Of a DNA stretch of 26,314 nucleotides, positions 1 to 8,773 are shown in pieces. A program made the position numbers and the translations under genes. The DNA is taken from IMG/VR virus record IMGVR_UViG_3300017777_007810, positions 1 through 26,314 of that record; one strand, 5' to 3'. Source of the DNA: a virus. Its lineage: Duplodnaviria > Caudoviricetes. Every line of letters starts with the position of its first letter. Within the stretch, counting starts at the first letter, position 1. Under the pieces are notes generated by a model. The model did not search any database and was not told the DNA's origin. It saw only the letters and a program-made list of their open reading frames with translations.

Positions 1-84
1 TATTTCCCCACTTTTCTTGTGTTGCATGCTAGAACCTAGATGCTCGTCAATAATATGTTTTACTTCCAATAAGTTTAAAGTCAT
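1..84 (-). CDS. Partial CDS (5' end only), possibly the N-terminus of a DNA primase
   Basis: Not in ORF track. ATG at 84-82 opens a frame running off the window: MTLNLLEVKHIIDEHLGSSMQHKKSGEI. Primase guess rests only on recalled similarity to pre-zinc-finger N-termini and adjacency to a resolvase; no CxxC is visible. Confidence 0.4.
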   Translation of the reverse strand, partial: MTLNLLEVKHIIDEHLGSSMQHKKSGEI

Positions 85-87
85 ATT

Positions 88-118
88 TTAATATACAACT
101 TTTATTTTATAAAACAAA
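88..118 (-). promoter_or_regulatory. Possible Bacteroidota-type primary-sigma promoter
   Basis: Minus strand reads TTTG-N19-TATATTAA, against consensus TTTG-N19..21-TAnnTTTG; last two bases mismatch and region is very AT-rich. Confidence 0.25.
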
Positions 119-124
119 GGATGA

Positions 125-526
125 TTATTTCAACCAGTCGTTTGGTATAGTTTTGTCTGCGAATACAAATCCATGTTTAATACACCAATCTGCGTAACTT
201 GTTTTGGATCCTTTTCTAATCTTTCCTTTAGAATTTTGGAACACAAATCGAATGTCTAACTCGGGATGTTGCTTTTTTATTAAAATATGTTTTGATCTGT
301 CTGCTGTTACAAATCTTCCTTTAGTTTCTATAAAGATTCCATTAGGTAGCTTGAAATCAGGTGTATAGTTGTGCTCAGATTGTGGTATGGTATAGCTAAT
401 TTTATGTTTTTCATACTCCCCATCAATACCTTGTTGGACAAGTAACTCATTAATGTCGCTCTCAAATCCAGATCTCCAGCCGTTTATTAGTGCTGCTTGT
501 CTTTTTCCAAATCTCGATCTTTTCAT
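125..526 (-). CDS. T7 endonuclease I-like Holliday junction resolvase (PD-(D/E)xK)
   Basis: RSGFE, YTPDFKLPNGIFIETKG, KHILIKKQHPELDIRFVF and TSYADWCIKHGF..ADKTIP closely follow T7 gp3 (RSGLE, YTPDFLLPNGIFVETKG, QHPELDIRIVF). Confidence 0.93.
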   Translation of the reverse strand: MKRSRFGKRQAALINGWRSGFESDINELLVQQGIDGEYEKHKISYTIPQSEHNYTPDFKLPNGIFIETKGRFVTADRSKHILIKKQHPELDIRFVFQNSKGKIRKGSKTSYADWCIKHGFVFADKTIPNDWLK

Positions 527-539
527 AACTTTTTTGTTT

Positions 540-2303
540 TTATCTATCGTATCGAACTATAAATGTAGTATCCATGTTGCTTGGCATTTGTATTGCTGTG
601 TTTAGTTTTCCAACTACTAACAACTCTCCTAGGTCATTATATAAACCTATAGTTGTAACGTATGGTCTAAAGTCAGGATTTTGTATGAATGGTTTAAATA
701 CAAATTGATTTTGTAATGGATCATATTCTTGTAAAGTTCTATTATAGCTTAAATTAAGCTCACCTGGATTAATTGTGCATGAGATTTCATTTTCCCACAC
801 TGTGTGTGTACCCCTACACTCTACTGCATTTATTGTAAGTGTTCTTGCTGGTATTGATCCTAAAACCATCATGCCATGGCTGTAAAAAGCGTTGCCTAAA
901 TACACATTACCAACACCTAACGTATGGTATAGTATTTTCATATCATTTGCAGACACGATACTGTTGTAGATTTTTAAATTATCTATTGTACCATTAAACC
1001 CTTGTGTGTTTCCTAAAGAATTACCTACAATCAAGCTTGATAGATTAGAAGTGTGCTTGTCTTGTATTGTTGTAGTTCCTGTGTCGGTTGAACTTGTTGT
1101 TAAGCTGTTTACATACAACGATACTAATGATCCTGTTTTAGTTGCTACTACATGATATAAAGTGTTTATGCTCATAGACACACTGCTAGTCAGTGCAAAA
1201 CTACCATGTCCTCCTCCACTTATTTCAAATAATACTTTGTTACTTCCAGTAGTGTATGACAATCTATATGGAAATTTGTTTGGAGTTGTTTGTGTGAATG
1301 TGTTACCATTAAGATCTATTTGTAGTTGATTACCTGGTCCTTCTTTTGTTAACAGTATAGAGCCTGATGGGTGTGTAGGTTTTTGTGTTGGTAGCACCAT
1401 CATACTAATTGTATAATCTCCATTTTCAAAACTATAATGTTTATTATAGTTTGCACTACCACTTGATGTTATTACTAAACTTGAGCTGTTTGATGCAGTA
1501 AAGTGCATTTTAGCTCCTAATAAATCTATGTCTGATGTTTGTGGTGCTGTGCTTCCTGTTGTCGTGTTAATTATTACACTATTGTATGTTGTGGTCATTG
1601 GCCATACTCCACGATTTGTTTTACTTGTAAAGGTTGTTGCACCAATATCAGTGTATTTGTATAACTCATCAAGCGGCCATTCTCCTACAGTTGCTTTTTC
1701 AACGGATGAAGAATAGTTTGTATAAGCTCCACCAATATACTCACCGTAAACTGATAAGTAACTGCTTCCAGATACTTTTAAATTTCCAAGTTCATCATCT
1801 ATAATTGTCCATGACCCGCTTCTATTTGCTACAGAGCTTGTTGTATAACTTCCGCTACTAGCTGCATAAGACCAACTTACTGACACCATAACTGAACCTG
1901 GTAGTATTTGTTGACCAAATTTAGATTGAGGCATGCTTATTACTTGTGCTTTATCTTCTAATAATCTAAATTGTGTTTCTATGTTTCCACCACCATAAGA
2001 AGCTTTGTTGTTTGTTAGATAGTATTTATAATATATACGATCAATTGATGCATGTACAATTCTTTTAAATTTACCATTAATTGTAGTAGGTTCGTTGGCT
2101 TCAAAAACAAGATTTCCTTGATCAAAAGTGTCTTTTAAAGGATCTGCGTCTAAATAATTTGATAATGGATTGTAATCTGCTTGGTAGATAGAATATACTG
2201 ATCCACTTCCACCACTTCCAATAGTGTCTGACCATAACTTGTAAGTGCGGAAAGGTGTAATCCGTATGTCAGCTTTATCTAAACTTTTAAAAACTCCAGC
2301 CAT
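540..2303 (-). CDS. Virion structural protein with internal LamG/concanavalin A-like domain and tail-collar-like C-terminus
   Basis: LamG motifs YTISMMV, LYHVVAT..G..VSLYVN, LIVG, FNGTIDNLKIYN (about 925-1690); C-terminal YVTTIGLYNDLGELLVVGKL shared with the 2386-3432 product. Confidence 0.75.
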   Translation of the reverse strand: MAGVFKSLDKADIRITPFRTYKLWSDTIGSGGSGSVYSIYQADYNPLSNYLDADPLKDTFDQGNLVFEANEPTTINGKFKRIVHASIDRIYYKYYLTNNKASYGGGNIETQFRLLEDKAQVISMPQSKFGQQILPGSVMVSVSWSYAASSGSYTTSSVANRSGSWTIIDDELGNLKVSGSSYLSVYGEYIGGAYTNYSSSVEKATVGEWPLDELYKYTDIGATTFTSKTNRGVWPMTTTYNSVIINTTTGSTAPQTSDIDLLGAKMHFTASNSSSLVITSSGSANYNKHYSFENGDYTISMMVLPTQKPTHPSGSILLTKEGPGNQLQIDLNGNTFTQTTPNKFPYRLSYTTGSNKVLFEISGGGHGSFALTSSVSMSINTLYHVVATKTGSLVSLYVNSLTTSSTDTGTTTIQDKHTSNLSSLIVGNSLGNTQGFNGTIDNLKIYNSIVSANDMKILYHTLGVGNVYLGNAFYSHGMMVLGSIPARTLTINAVECRGTHTVWENEISCTINPGELNLSYNRTLQEYDPLQNQFVFKPFIQNPDFRPYVTTIGLYNDLGELLVVGKLNTAIQMPSNMDTTFIVRYDR

Positions 2304-2307
2304 TTTA

Positions 2308-2315
2308 TATAAATA
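2308..2315 (-). promoter_or_regulatory. TATTTATA element, candidate phage late promoter
   Basis: 4 nt upstream of ATG at 2303 and immediately downstream of a terminator-like hairpin; recurs before other starts. Confidence 0.55.
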
Positions 2316-2321
2316 TCTTGT

Positions 2322-2350
2322 AAAAAGGAAACCCTCCTAATATAGAGGGT
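2322..2350 (-). terminator. Probable intrinsic terminator
   Basis: Minus strand ACCCTC-TATATTAG-GAGGGT followed by TTCCTTTTT, 35 nt after the stop at 2386. Confidence 0.55.
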
Positions 2351-2385
2351 CTATCAATAGATACTATCCAAAGAAAGGTTCCATT

Positions 2386-3432
2386 TTAATAATCTAATTT
2401 TACTTTTATAAGTGCTTCACGATTATATGATTTTAATAATGGTTTACTTAGTTTAGCAACTGCCACTAGTTCATTTGCATTATTATACATACCAATAGTA
2501 GTAATATATACGCTTGGATTGTTTAACATACTAGCATGCTTAAGCACACCATTACTTCCAGTTGTAAATGTTGGATTATTTGAAAAATTATTATCCATAT
2601 TTTTAATACGAATAAAATAATGTGTTGATGTTATTTTTTCTTCACTTCTAGCTGCAAAATAATTAGAACCTGACAAAGCCAAAGACATTGTTACATGATT
2701 ACGTGCTTGTACAGCTGATGCTGAATTATATGGATGACCTAAATTACTTCTCAATAAACCAGCATGAAATACAAAAATACCTTGATCTGGATAAAATAAA
2801 CCGTATTGAGTGTTTGATTGTGTTACGCCACCTGATCCACTATAAATACCAAATACACGACCAGCTGCTCCAACTTGTGGATTTTCACCTGCACCACTGT
2901 CATCAATAAATGTACTATACTTAGCACTGCTACCTGTCATATTTACTCCACTACCACTTCCTAATCTTAATTCCCAATTGCCTGGATCAACTTTTTGACG
3001 AAAGCGAGCTCTTGCAACATTAATTACAAGTATTTCACTTGAATCCTCAGTACCAAATGTAAAAATACGATCTGCAGGATCTAACAAAGTATTAACATAT
3101 TGTGAGTATATTGCACGTGATGGTGTGTCATTTGCATTATTACCAACTGTATTAGCATCGCCTACCGAACCACTACCCTGTCTATGACCATATGCAACTG
3201 CAATTTGTATTGCAGCGGTTGCATCTGATTGTGGGTTTTTGTGATATATGTTTGTAAGATAATCACCTGACTGAGACATCTGTGCTGATGAGGTAAACCA
3301 TCCTATACCAGAAGCGTAAGAGCTTGTCCATGGATTCATATCTTGTGACCATATTGGTTGAGAGACTATTTGTAAATCTGGTCCAGAAACGTCGTCTGTT
3401 GTATTGATTGTTTGATATATGCCAAGTGCCAT
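2386..3432 (-). CDS. Virion structural protein (baseplate/tail-collar-like), paralog of 540-2303
   Basis: KVDPGNW, FIDD, GLFYPDQG, NFSNNPT and YITTIGMYNNANELVAVAKL match blocks in the 587-aa neighbour; C-terminus resembles the IGL(F/Y)xxxGxLxAVx motif of tail-collar/fibre attachment domains. Confidence 0.65.
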   Translation of the reverse strand: MALGIYQTINTTDDVSGPDLQIVSQPIWSQDMNPWTSSYASGIGWFTSSAQMSQSGDYLTNIYHKNPQSDATAAIQIAVAYGHRQGSGSVGDANTVGNNANDTPSRAIYSQYVNTLLDPADRIFTFGTEDSSEILVINVARARFRQKVDPGNWELRLGSGSGVNMTGSSAKYSTFIDDSGAGENPQVGAAGRVFGIYSGSGGVTQSNTQYGLFYPDQGIFVFHAGLLRSNLGHPYNSASAVQARNHVTMSLALSGSNYFAARSEEKITSTHYFIRIKNMDNNFSNNPTFTTGSNGVLKHASMLNNPSVYITTIGMYNNANELVAVAKLSKPLLKSYNREALIKVKLDY

Positions 3433-3475
3433 ATGTGTGTTATTTTAAATGTTTGTTTTTATATAAATTTTTTAT

Positions 3476-4147
3476 TTAGGTAGTTGATGAGCCTAGACCG
3501 CCAATAGGTAATTGTACTGTAATTGGTATTGTAATAAATCCACCAGTTTCGTTTCCTATGATGGTTAATGTTGCATATCTTGTTATTACTGATGTAAGTG
3601 CACCTTGTGTTCCACTTGCAGGTACTGGTGTTACTGTAAATATCGTTCCTTGTCTAGTTTCGCTAATACCCATAGAACCACCACCAGCGTCATTTGCAAA
3701 GGCTCCAGCTGTTACATTAGTACTAGCTATGTCGCTAGTTAATGTTACAACTGTATTGTCACTTGAAATGGCTGTATAGGTTTGTACTGATTGGCCGCTT
3801 AAGGTTGTTGGTGTTACGTTAGCTGAAGCTGCAGAGGTAAATAATAGTGTTGTAGGTTGTACAGACAATTGTGGTATATATTGTGTGTTTCTTGGTAAAG
3901 TCACAAGCTTGGATCGCAACATTTGTGTTTCATCTGGTAGTGCTTCTAATATGGGCATGTTTTCAATAACTGCTCCGTAATAATTTGTACCTAGTGTGTG
4001 TGCTGGATTCCATAAATCGTAGTCGATTTCGTCGTCACTTAAAGCAAACTTTGAAATGCCTAATACACCACCAGCTGCCAATAATTGGCGGCCTTTGTTT
4101 GTTAATATTGCGTCTACAGTAACGCTTGAATTATCTAAATATCCCAT
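3476..4147 (-). CDS. Putative virion structural protein (tail-collar-like N-terminus)
   Basis: AILTNKGRQLLAAG...ISKFALSD resembles the start of tail-collar fibre (DUF3751-like) domains; Thr/Val-rich beta-type C-terminal half; structural context. Confidence 0.55.
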   Translation of the reverse strand: MGYLDNSSVTVDAILTNKGRQLLAAGGVLGISKFALSDDEIDYDLWNPAHTLGTNYYGAVIENMPILEALPDETQMLRSKLVTLPRNTQYIPQLSVQPTTLLFTSAASANVTPTTLSGQSVQTYTAISSDNTVVTLTSDIASTNVTAGAFANDAGGGSMGISETRQGTIFTVTPVPASGTQGALTSVITRYATLTIIGNETGGFITIPITVQLPIGGLGSSTT

Positions 4148-4174
4148 TGCTTATTTATTTGTTGTTTGTTTATA

Positions 4175-4182
4175 TATAAATA
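4175..4182 (-). promoter_or_regulatory. TATTTATA element, candidate phage late promoter
   Basis: Intergenic, 27 nt upstream of ATG at 4147. Confidence 0.5.
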
Positions 4183-4218
4183 TGTTGTGTTTTGTTATTA
4201 TGTGTAAATATTTTTAAA

Positions 4219-7200
4219 TCAACCTAATACGTCTTGTTGTCCTGCTGCTATACTTGTTTTTGTTACTTGAAAATTACCCTTGTTAGGAGCAGTTTTAACT
4301 TTTAGTTGCTGACCTCCACCAACAGTTACTGATACAACAGGTCCATTATCAATAGTATCAGAGCTGTTTGTGTTCCAATCAGCTGATGTAAGTTTACATC
4401 CATTATAGCGAGCATTTAACATTCCTTTACTGTTTTGCAAATGAAAGTCTTGTGTTTGTGATCTATAATTTAAAGGTTGTATTTTTAGTGATTTTATATA
4501 GGTTTGGTATGCAGTTTGACCAGCAGTGTACACTCTTAGTCCTAACCAAGGACCAGTTGCTAGTGTTGTAAACGTATATGTTGTGTCGGTATTTGTTGGT
4601 ACCATTGATCCAGTTAATATACAATCTAAATCACCAAAATGCAACTCTATTTTACCACTTGTTCCAGAAGCACGAGTATCACCAACAACCACTGTTATTG
4701 TGTATAAGTGGCCGTGTGTTTTTGGTTCATCTTCTTTGTAATAAAATGCTGGTAGTTTTACTGATCCTGTGTATGCTATTGAGGTTGTTGTGTTTTCAAA
4801 AAATAAACCCAAGCTTCCAGTTAATCCCCAAAAAGCACTATTTGTGTATGGTGTGGATTGTAATACATTATTTGCTACTAAGGTTTCTACTTTTAAACCA
4901 TACTCATTTGTCCAATTATTTTCATATAATGCTGCTGATGCTGTGTATATTGTTTTTGCACTTGCTGATACGGATCCGTAAGTATTTGGATCTGCTATAG
5001 ATCTTAAATAAAAGATATTATTATTGTATTTTTTATTCTGTACGTTTGTTATGCCACTACCTGCTGAGTCTATTATTACTGGATTAATTGGGTCGTGGTA
5101 ATCGTATCTACTCGCTGTTACCATGTAAAGTTGTGATAATGCTATGCCGTCTGTTGAGTAAACGTATGTTGTATCATAAGTAGAGGCACCATAATAACTT
5201 ACAAACGCACTTTGACTAACCATATGAGTCATAAAAACATATTGAGAGCCTCGTACTCTTATATCTCTACCATAGCTAGAAATTCCAAAGTCTATTGTGC
5301 CTGCTGGCGTTTGTGACAATCCTGTGTTAGTATAGTCGTTTGCTGTACCTCCTACCGATATTACGTTTAAGGTTTGAGTACCTGTTGCTACTTGTATACT
5401 TTCACCTATTAAATTTTTTGCTTCAATTTGAACTGTTCCAACTTCAATATAGCTAGTCTTGCCACCATCACTGTTGGAGCCTGTTACTAATATTATTTCT
5501 GGTAGTTTTATTGATGATGTATAGGCAGAACTAAGATCTGTATATGTTATTTGCTTGGTTGGTACTTTGCTTCTATGTAATATTGATGGTTCTATTAGTA
5601 AACCAGTTTGTGTATTAGCTCTGTAAGGTACAAACTTTTTAATTAACCTAAATAAAGATGCATCATAGTGTTTTAATAGTCTAATATAGTTTTGTGCACC
5701 AGCTTTACTAGTGTATTTTTTTGTGTATTCTCTTTGTAGACTTTCTAAATCAGGATAAGTTTCTTTGCTTAGGTCAGATGGGTTTCCTATAAAGTCATCA
5801 ATACTAAGACCTCCAAATTGTTCTGCAATGTCTTGATTGATTTCGTTTAATGGTGACAAATAAATACCTAAGCGAGAACTATCGGGTGGATTACTATCCG
5901 ATCCAGCTCGTTCTGTTTTTACGTTTTTATATAATTGATTGCCACCTATTGCTGTACTAGTTCTGCTTGTTGTGTCAATCCTAATTTTATTACTTACACT
6001 TCTATTACCACCTAAATCTGGCCACTCAAGTGAATGTATTTCTATGACAGGATTAAAATAAGATCCTGAAAAATTATAGAAAGAACCACTTAATCCAGCT
6101 ATTGTTTGATCTGGATGTTGTGAGCCTATGCTACTAGTAGTTGCTAAGTTTATTTTTTTGTTATCAGTTCCTAAACACAATCTAAATCCTAAACTATAAA
6201 AGCTTGATGTGCTTCCTGTGTGAGTGTCTGTTAAATTTCCTTGAAAGCTTGTAGGTGCTAATGCATGATTGTCTAATATGGCATCTTGTAGTGGTGTTGT
6301 CCAATACTTTAATTCTTGAACACTTCCCGATAAAATGTTCATTGACTGTGATGTGGCTGCTAAAAATGAGCCAGATCCTGGAATCCATAAACTTCCTGTA
6401 CTTGTGTATGATGTGTTGTAAGAGCTGCTAGTAGATCCATCAATGTATAGTGAAGCTGATACTGTGGATGTTACTTTTAAATAGTTTACTCTTTTTACAA
6501 TTAAAGTATAGGTTTGGTTGGTACTACTGCTATCGCTTGCTACTGATCTTTCTAATGCAATGTGATGAAATACATTTTCATATATTGAAGAGCTAACACT
6601 TGCTGTTGCGTATCCTTGAGAACCACTTAGAAAGAATCCTATGTAGTTATTACTTGCGCTTTGGAAGGCTTTGACTTGCCATTTATTTGGTACCTCAAAT
6701 ATTGTTTGTGTTTTAGTTTGGTTTTGAGCCATTTTAACTCGCAACTCAACTGTTGATGGCATTGTATTGTTTGCTGTCAATGGTTTCCAAGGTGCTTCTA
6801 TTAGTTGAGCAACTTGTCCAGATGTTTTTCCATTATATCCTACAGTAGTTGAATAAAAAAACCTTTCATATACGTTGTCTGTTTTGGATTCAAACGTTGG
6901 TTCTGCTCCACCGTATTCACGAATTCGTAAAATGGTTTGTGGAATTCCAAAGCAATTTATTAATGCTCTAAGACCTCTTTCAGTACCTTTTGTTTTTAAT
7001 AAGTACGGTAAATTATTAATGATTCGCTTCCAAATTTCTTTTGTCTTGTCTTCGTTAGTTATGTTATAGGTTGATTGATATGATCCTGATGTATTTGTGC
7101 CTAATGTGTAGCTCCAAAGTTCATCAAAACTAGCACCGTTTTCAAAATCTAAACCTAAATTCTTAGCAACATGATATATTAACTCTTTGCTAAAACCATC

Positions 7201-8718
7201 TGCTATTCCTTCTTTTCTATCGTGTGTTTGGTTTATTTGCTTTATATATGGAAATAGTGCGTCAAAATAATGACCAATCATGTTTACAAATAACAGATAT
7301 TGACTATTTGATGCATCTTCTGCTATGTGTAGTGGTATTGTTTTATATAGTGCGTTTTCGTTATTTTGATCATATAAACTTGCTGACATCATAATGCCGT
7401 CAAACCAATCATCTACTTGTGATGAGCTGACAGAGTAGTTTATGTAAGGTTCTGTGCTATTCTGTTTTGGCCATGTTGATGTGTAGAATTCACCATAGCT
7501 ACTAGATTCATAACTGCTAGATACATTTAGTAAATATCTTTCATAACTGTCCATAGTGCCCATCAGTGCAGCTCTTTTTCCTTTTGCTTCTGTAACGTTT
7601 GTTTGAAAATATAAACTACTTGTAGCACTGCTACTTGGTAGTCCAATTAAATTAGTAGTTAAACTCTGTATTCTATTGTCATAACTTTCTAATAAAGTCA
7701 TTTTATATTTAAAACTTAGTAGTTTTTCTCCTGCGGATCCAAAATGTATATGGTTTGCAAACGATCTATAATCTATATTTAATGGTATTCCTTGTAGTTT
7801 TGAACCACTTAATAAACTATTTACTAGAGCTTCTGATGTGTTTGTGTTTTCTGATAGTATGTTGTTCCAATCTTTATAATCAGTTCTTGATAATAATCTC
7901 TCTTTTGTTAGTATATCAAAATTAGGTCCTGCAATGGCTCTAGTAATGTTTGGTATTGGAGGAGGTATTAGTGTGATTGTGTCGGTTGTGCTTTCATTGA
8001 CTTGTTGAGCTAACCACATTTCTGTGTCATTTTCAATCTCTGTTGGTGCTGGTGATGTTAGTTTGAAAATAATACTGTATGGAGTTCTTCTAAAGGTTAC
8101 ACTGTCTTGAACATAATCATAAACTTTTAGTGTTGTTGTTGCGTTTACATGTAAGAATAGATTTACAAGTGTTTCTTGTTTTGGTAATAAAAAAAAGCCA
8201 CTTGCAAAATGTTGGAAGTAGTTTTGGTTTGCAGGTGTGTCTGTATCTGGTGCTACTGGTAATACTCTTATTTCCAAACGGTTTGCACTAATCTCTTGTA
8301 CTATTAGTTTATTTCCATTTCCAGATCCTAATAAGTTTCTATGGTATTTGTATACTAATTTATACTTACCAGAAATATATCCTAGACTGCTTAAATCTAA
8401 TTCAGGGGATAGTCTTATTTTATTTGGAAGTATTGTAGTGTAGTTGGCTTCATATTTTGTTTCTATGTAGTTGTTATTTACATTATATACATCTAGTACT
8501 AAGCTATCGTTTGGTAAAGAGGTTGAGGAGCTTGTGTAGTATCCAAATCGAGGTATCGATAGTGGTTGTGAGGTGGGTGTAATGGAGTCGGTAAGTGGAG
8601 CGGTTATACTAAATGCGTTTGGTGTGCTTGCGTCTAAATTGTTTGCACTAGGTGTATTTGCACTAGGTGTATTTGCACTAGGTGTATTTGCACTAGGTGG
8701 TATTGTGTAGTCTGCCAT
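4219..8718 (-). CDS. Large baseplate wedge protein (T4 gp7/P2 gpI-like core) with LamG-like and other beta-sandwich domains
   Basis: FVNMIGHYFD and LPYLLKTKGTERGLRALINCFGI match the gpI/gp7 KGT..G...L pattern; LamG-like TVELRVK..FHHIAL..SGSVQELKYW at about 6260-6760. Start set at ATG 8718 (MADYTIP) rather than the track's GTG at 8739, leaving TATTTATA 8 nt upstream. Confidence 0.65.
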   Translation of the reverse strand: MADYTIPPSANTPSANTPSANTPSANNLDASTPNAFSITAPLTDSITPTSQPLSIPRFGYYTSSSTSLPNDSLVLDVYNVNNNYIETKYEANYTTILPNKIRLSPELDLSSLGYISGKYKLVYKYHRNLLGSGNGNKLIVQEISANRLEIRVLPVAPDTDTPANQNYFQHFASGFFLLPKQETLVNLFLHVNATTTLKVYDYVQDSVTFRRTPYSIIFKLTSPAPTEIENDTEMWLAQQVNESTTDTITLIPPPIPNITRAIAGPNFDILTKERLLSRTDYKDWNNILSENTNTSEALVNSLLSGSKLQGIPLNIDYRSFANHIHFGSAGEKLLSFKYKMTLLESYDNRIQSLTTNLIGLPSSSATSSLYFQTNVTEAKGKRAALMGTMDSYERYLLNVSSSYESSSYGEFYTSTWPKQNSTEPYINYSVSSSQVDDWFDGIMMSASLYDQNNENALYKTIPLHIAEDASNSQYLLFVNMIGHYFDALFPYIKQINQTHDRKEGIADGFSKELIYHVAKNLGLDFENGASFDELWSYTLGTNTSGSYQSTYNITNEDKTKEIWKRIINNLPYLLKTKGTERGLRALINCFGIPQTILRIREYGGAEPTFESKTDNVYERFFYSTTVGYNGKTSGQVAQLIEAPWKPLTANNTMPSTVELRVKMAQNQTKTQTIFEVPNKWQVKAFQSASNNYIGFFLSGSQGYATASVSSSIYENVFHHIALERSVASDSSSTNQTYTLIVKRVNYLKVTSTVSASLYIDGSTSSSYNTSYTSTGSLWIPGSGSFLAATSQSMNILSGSVQELKYWTTPLQDAILDNHALAPTSFQGNLTDTHTGSTSSFYSLGFRLCLGTDNKKINLATTSSIGSQHPDQTIAGLSGSFYNFSGSYFNPVIEIHSLEWPDLGGNRSVSNKIRIDTTSRTSTAIGGNQLYKNVKTERAGSDSNPPDSSRLGIYLSPLNEINQDIAEQFGGLSIDDFIGNPSDLSKETYPDLESLQREYTKKYTSKAGAQNYIRLLKHYDASLFRLIKKFVPYRANTQTGLLIEPSILHRSKVPTKQITYTDLSSAYTSSIKLPEIILVTGSNSDGGKTSYIEVGTVQIEAKNLIGESIQVATGTQTLNVISVGGTANDYTNTGLSQTPAGTIDFGISSYGRDIRVRGSQYVFMTHMVSQSAFVSYYGASTYDTTYVYSTDGIALSQLYMVTASRYDYHDPINPVIIDSAGSGITNVQNKKYNNNIFYLRSIADPNTYGSVSASAKTIYTASAALYENNWTNEYGLKVETLVANNVLQSTPYTNSAFWGLTGSLGLFFENTTTSIAYTGSVKLPAFYYKEDEPKTHGHLYTITVVVGDTRASGTSGKIELHFGDLDCILTGSMVPTNTDTTYTFTTLATGPWLGLRVYTAGQTAYQTYIKSLKIQPLNYRSQTQDFHLQNSKGMLNARYNGCKLTSADWNTNSSDTIDNGPVVSVTVGGGQQLKVKTAPNKGNFQVTKTSIAAGQQDVLG
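8642..8699. repeat. 15-bp tandem repeat, about 3.9 copies, encoding (PSANT)n
   Basis: TTTGCACTAGGTGTA x3 plus TTTGCACTAGGTG, identical copies. Confidence 0.95.
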
Positions 8719-8726
8719 TACTTTAA

Positions 8727-8734
8727 TATAAATA
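8727..8734 (-). promoter_or_regulatory. TATTTATA element, candidate phage late promoter
   Basis: 8 nt upstream of ATG at 8718. Confidence 0.55.
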
Positions 8735-8773
8735 TACACTAATAGTGTATTTAATACTTTTGATATCTATAAT

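Noticed and set aside
8642-8699. Tandem repeat as CRISPR array
   Set aside because: 15-bp units, no spacers, in-frame within a CDS, no cas genes.
8719-8739. ORF-track start (GTG 8739) for the large wedge gene
   Set aside because: Extension is AT-rich and contains the TATTTATA element; ATG at 8718 fits the pattern at other genes.
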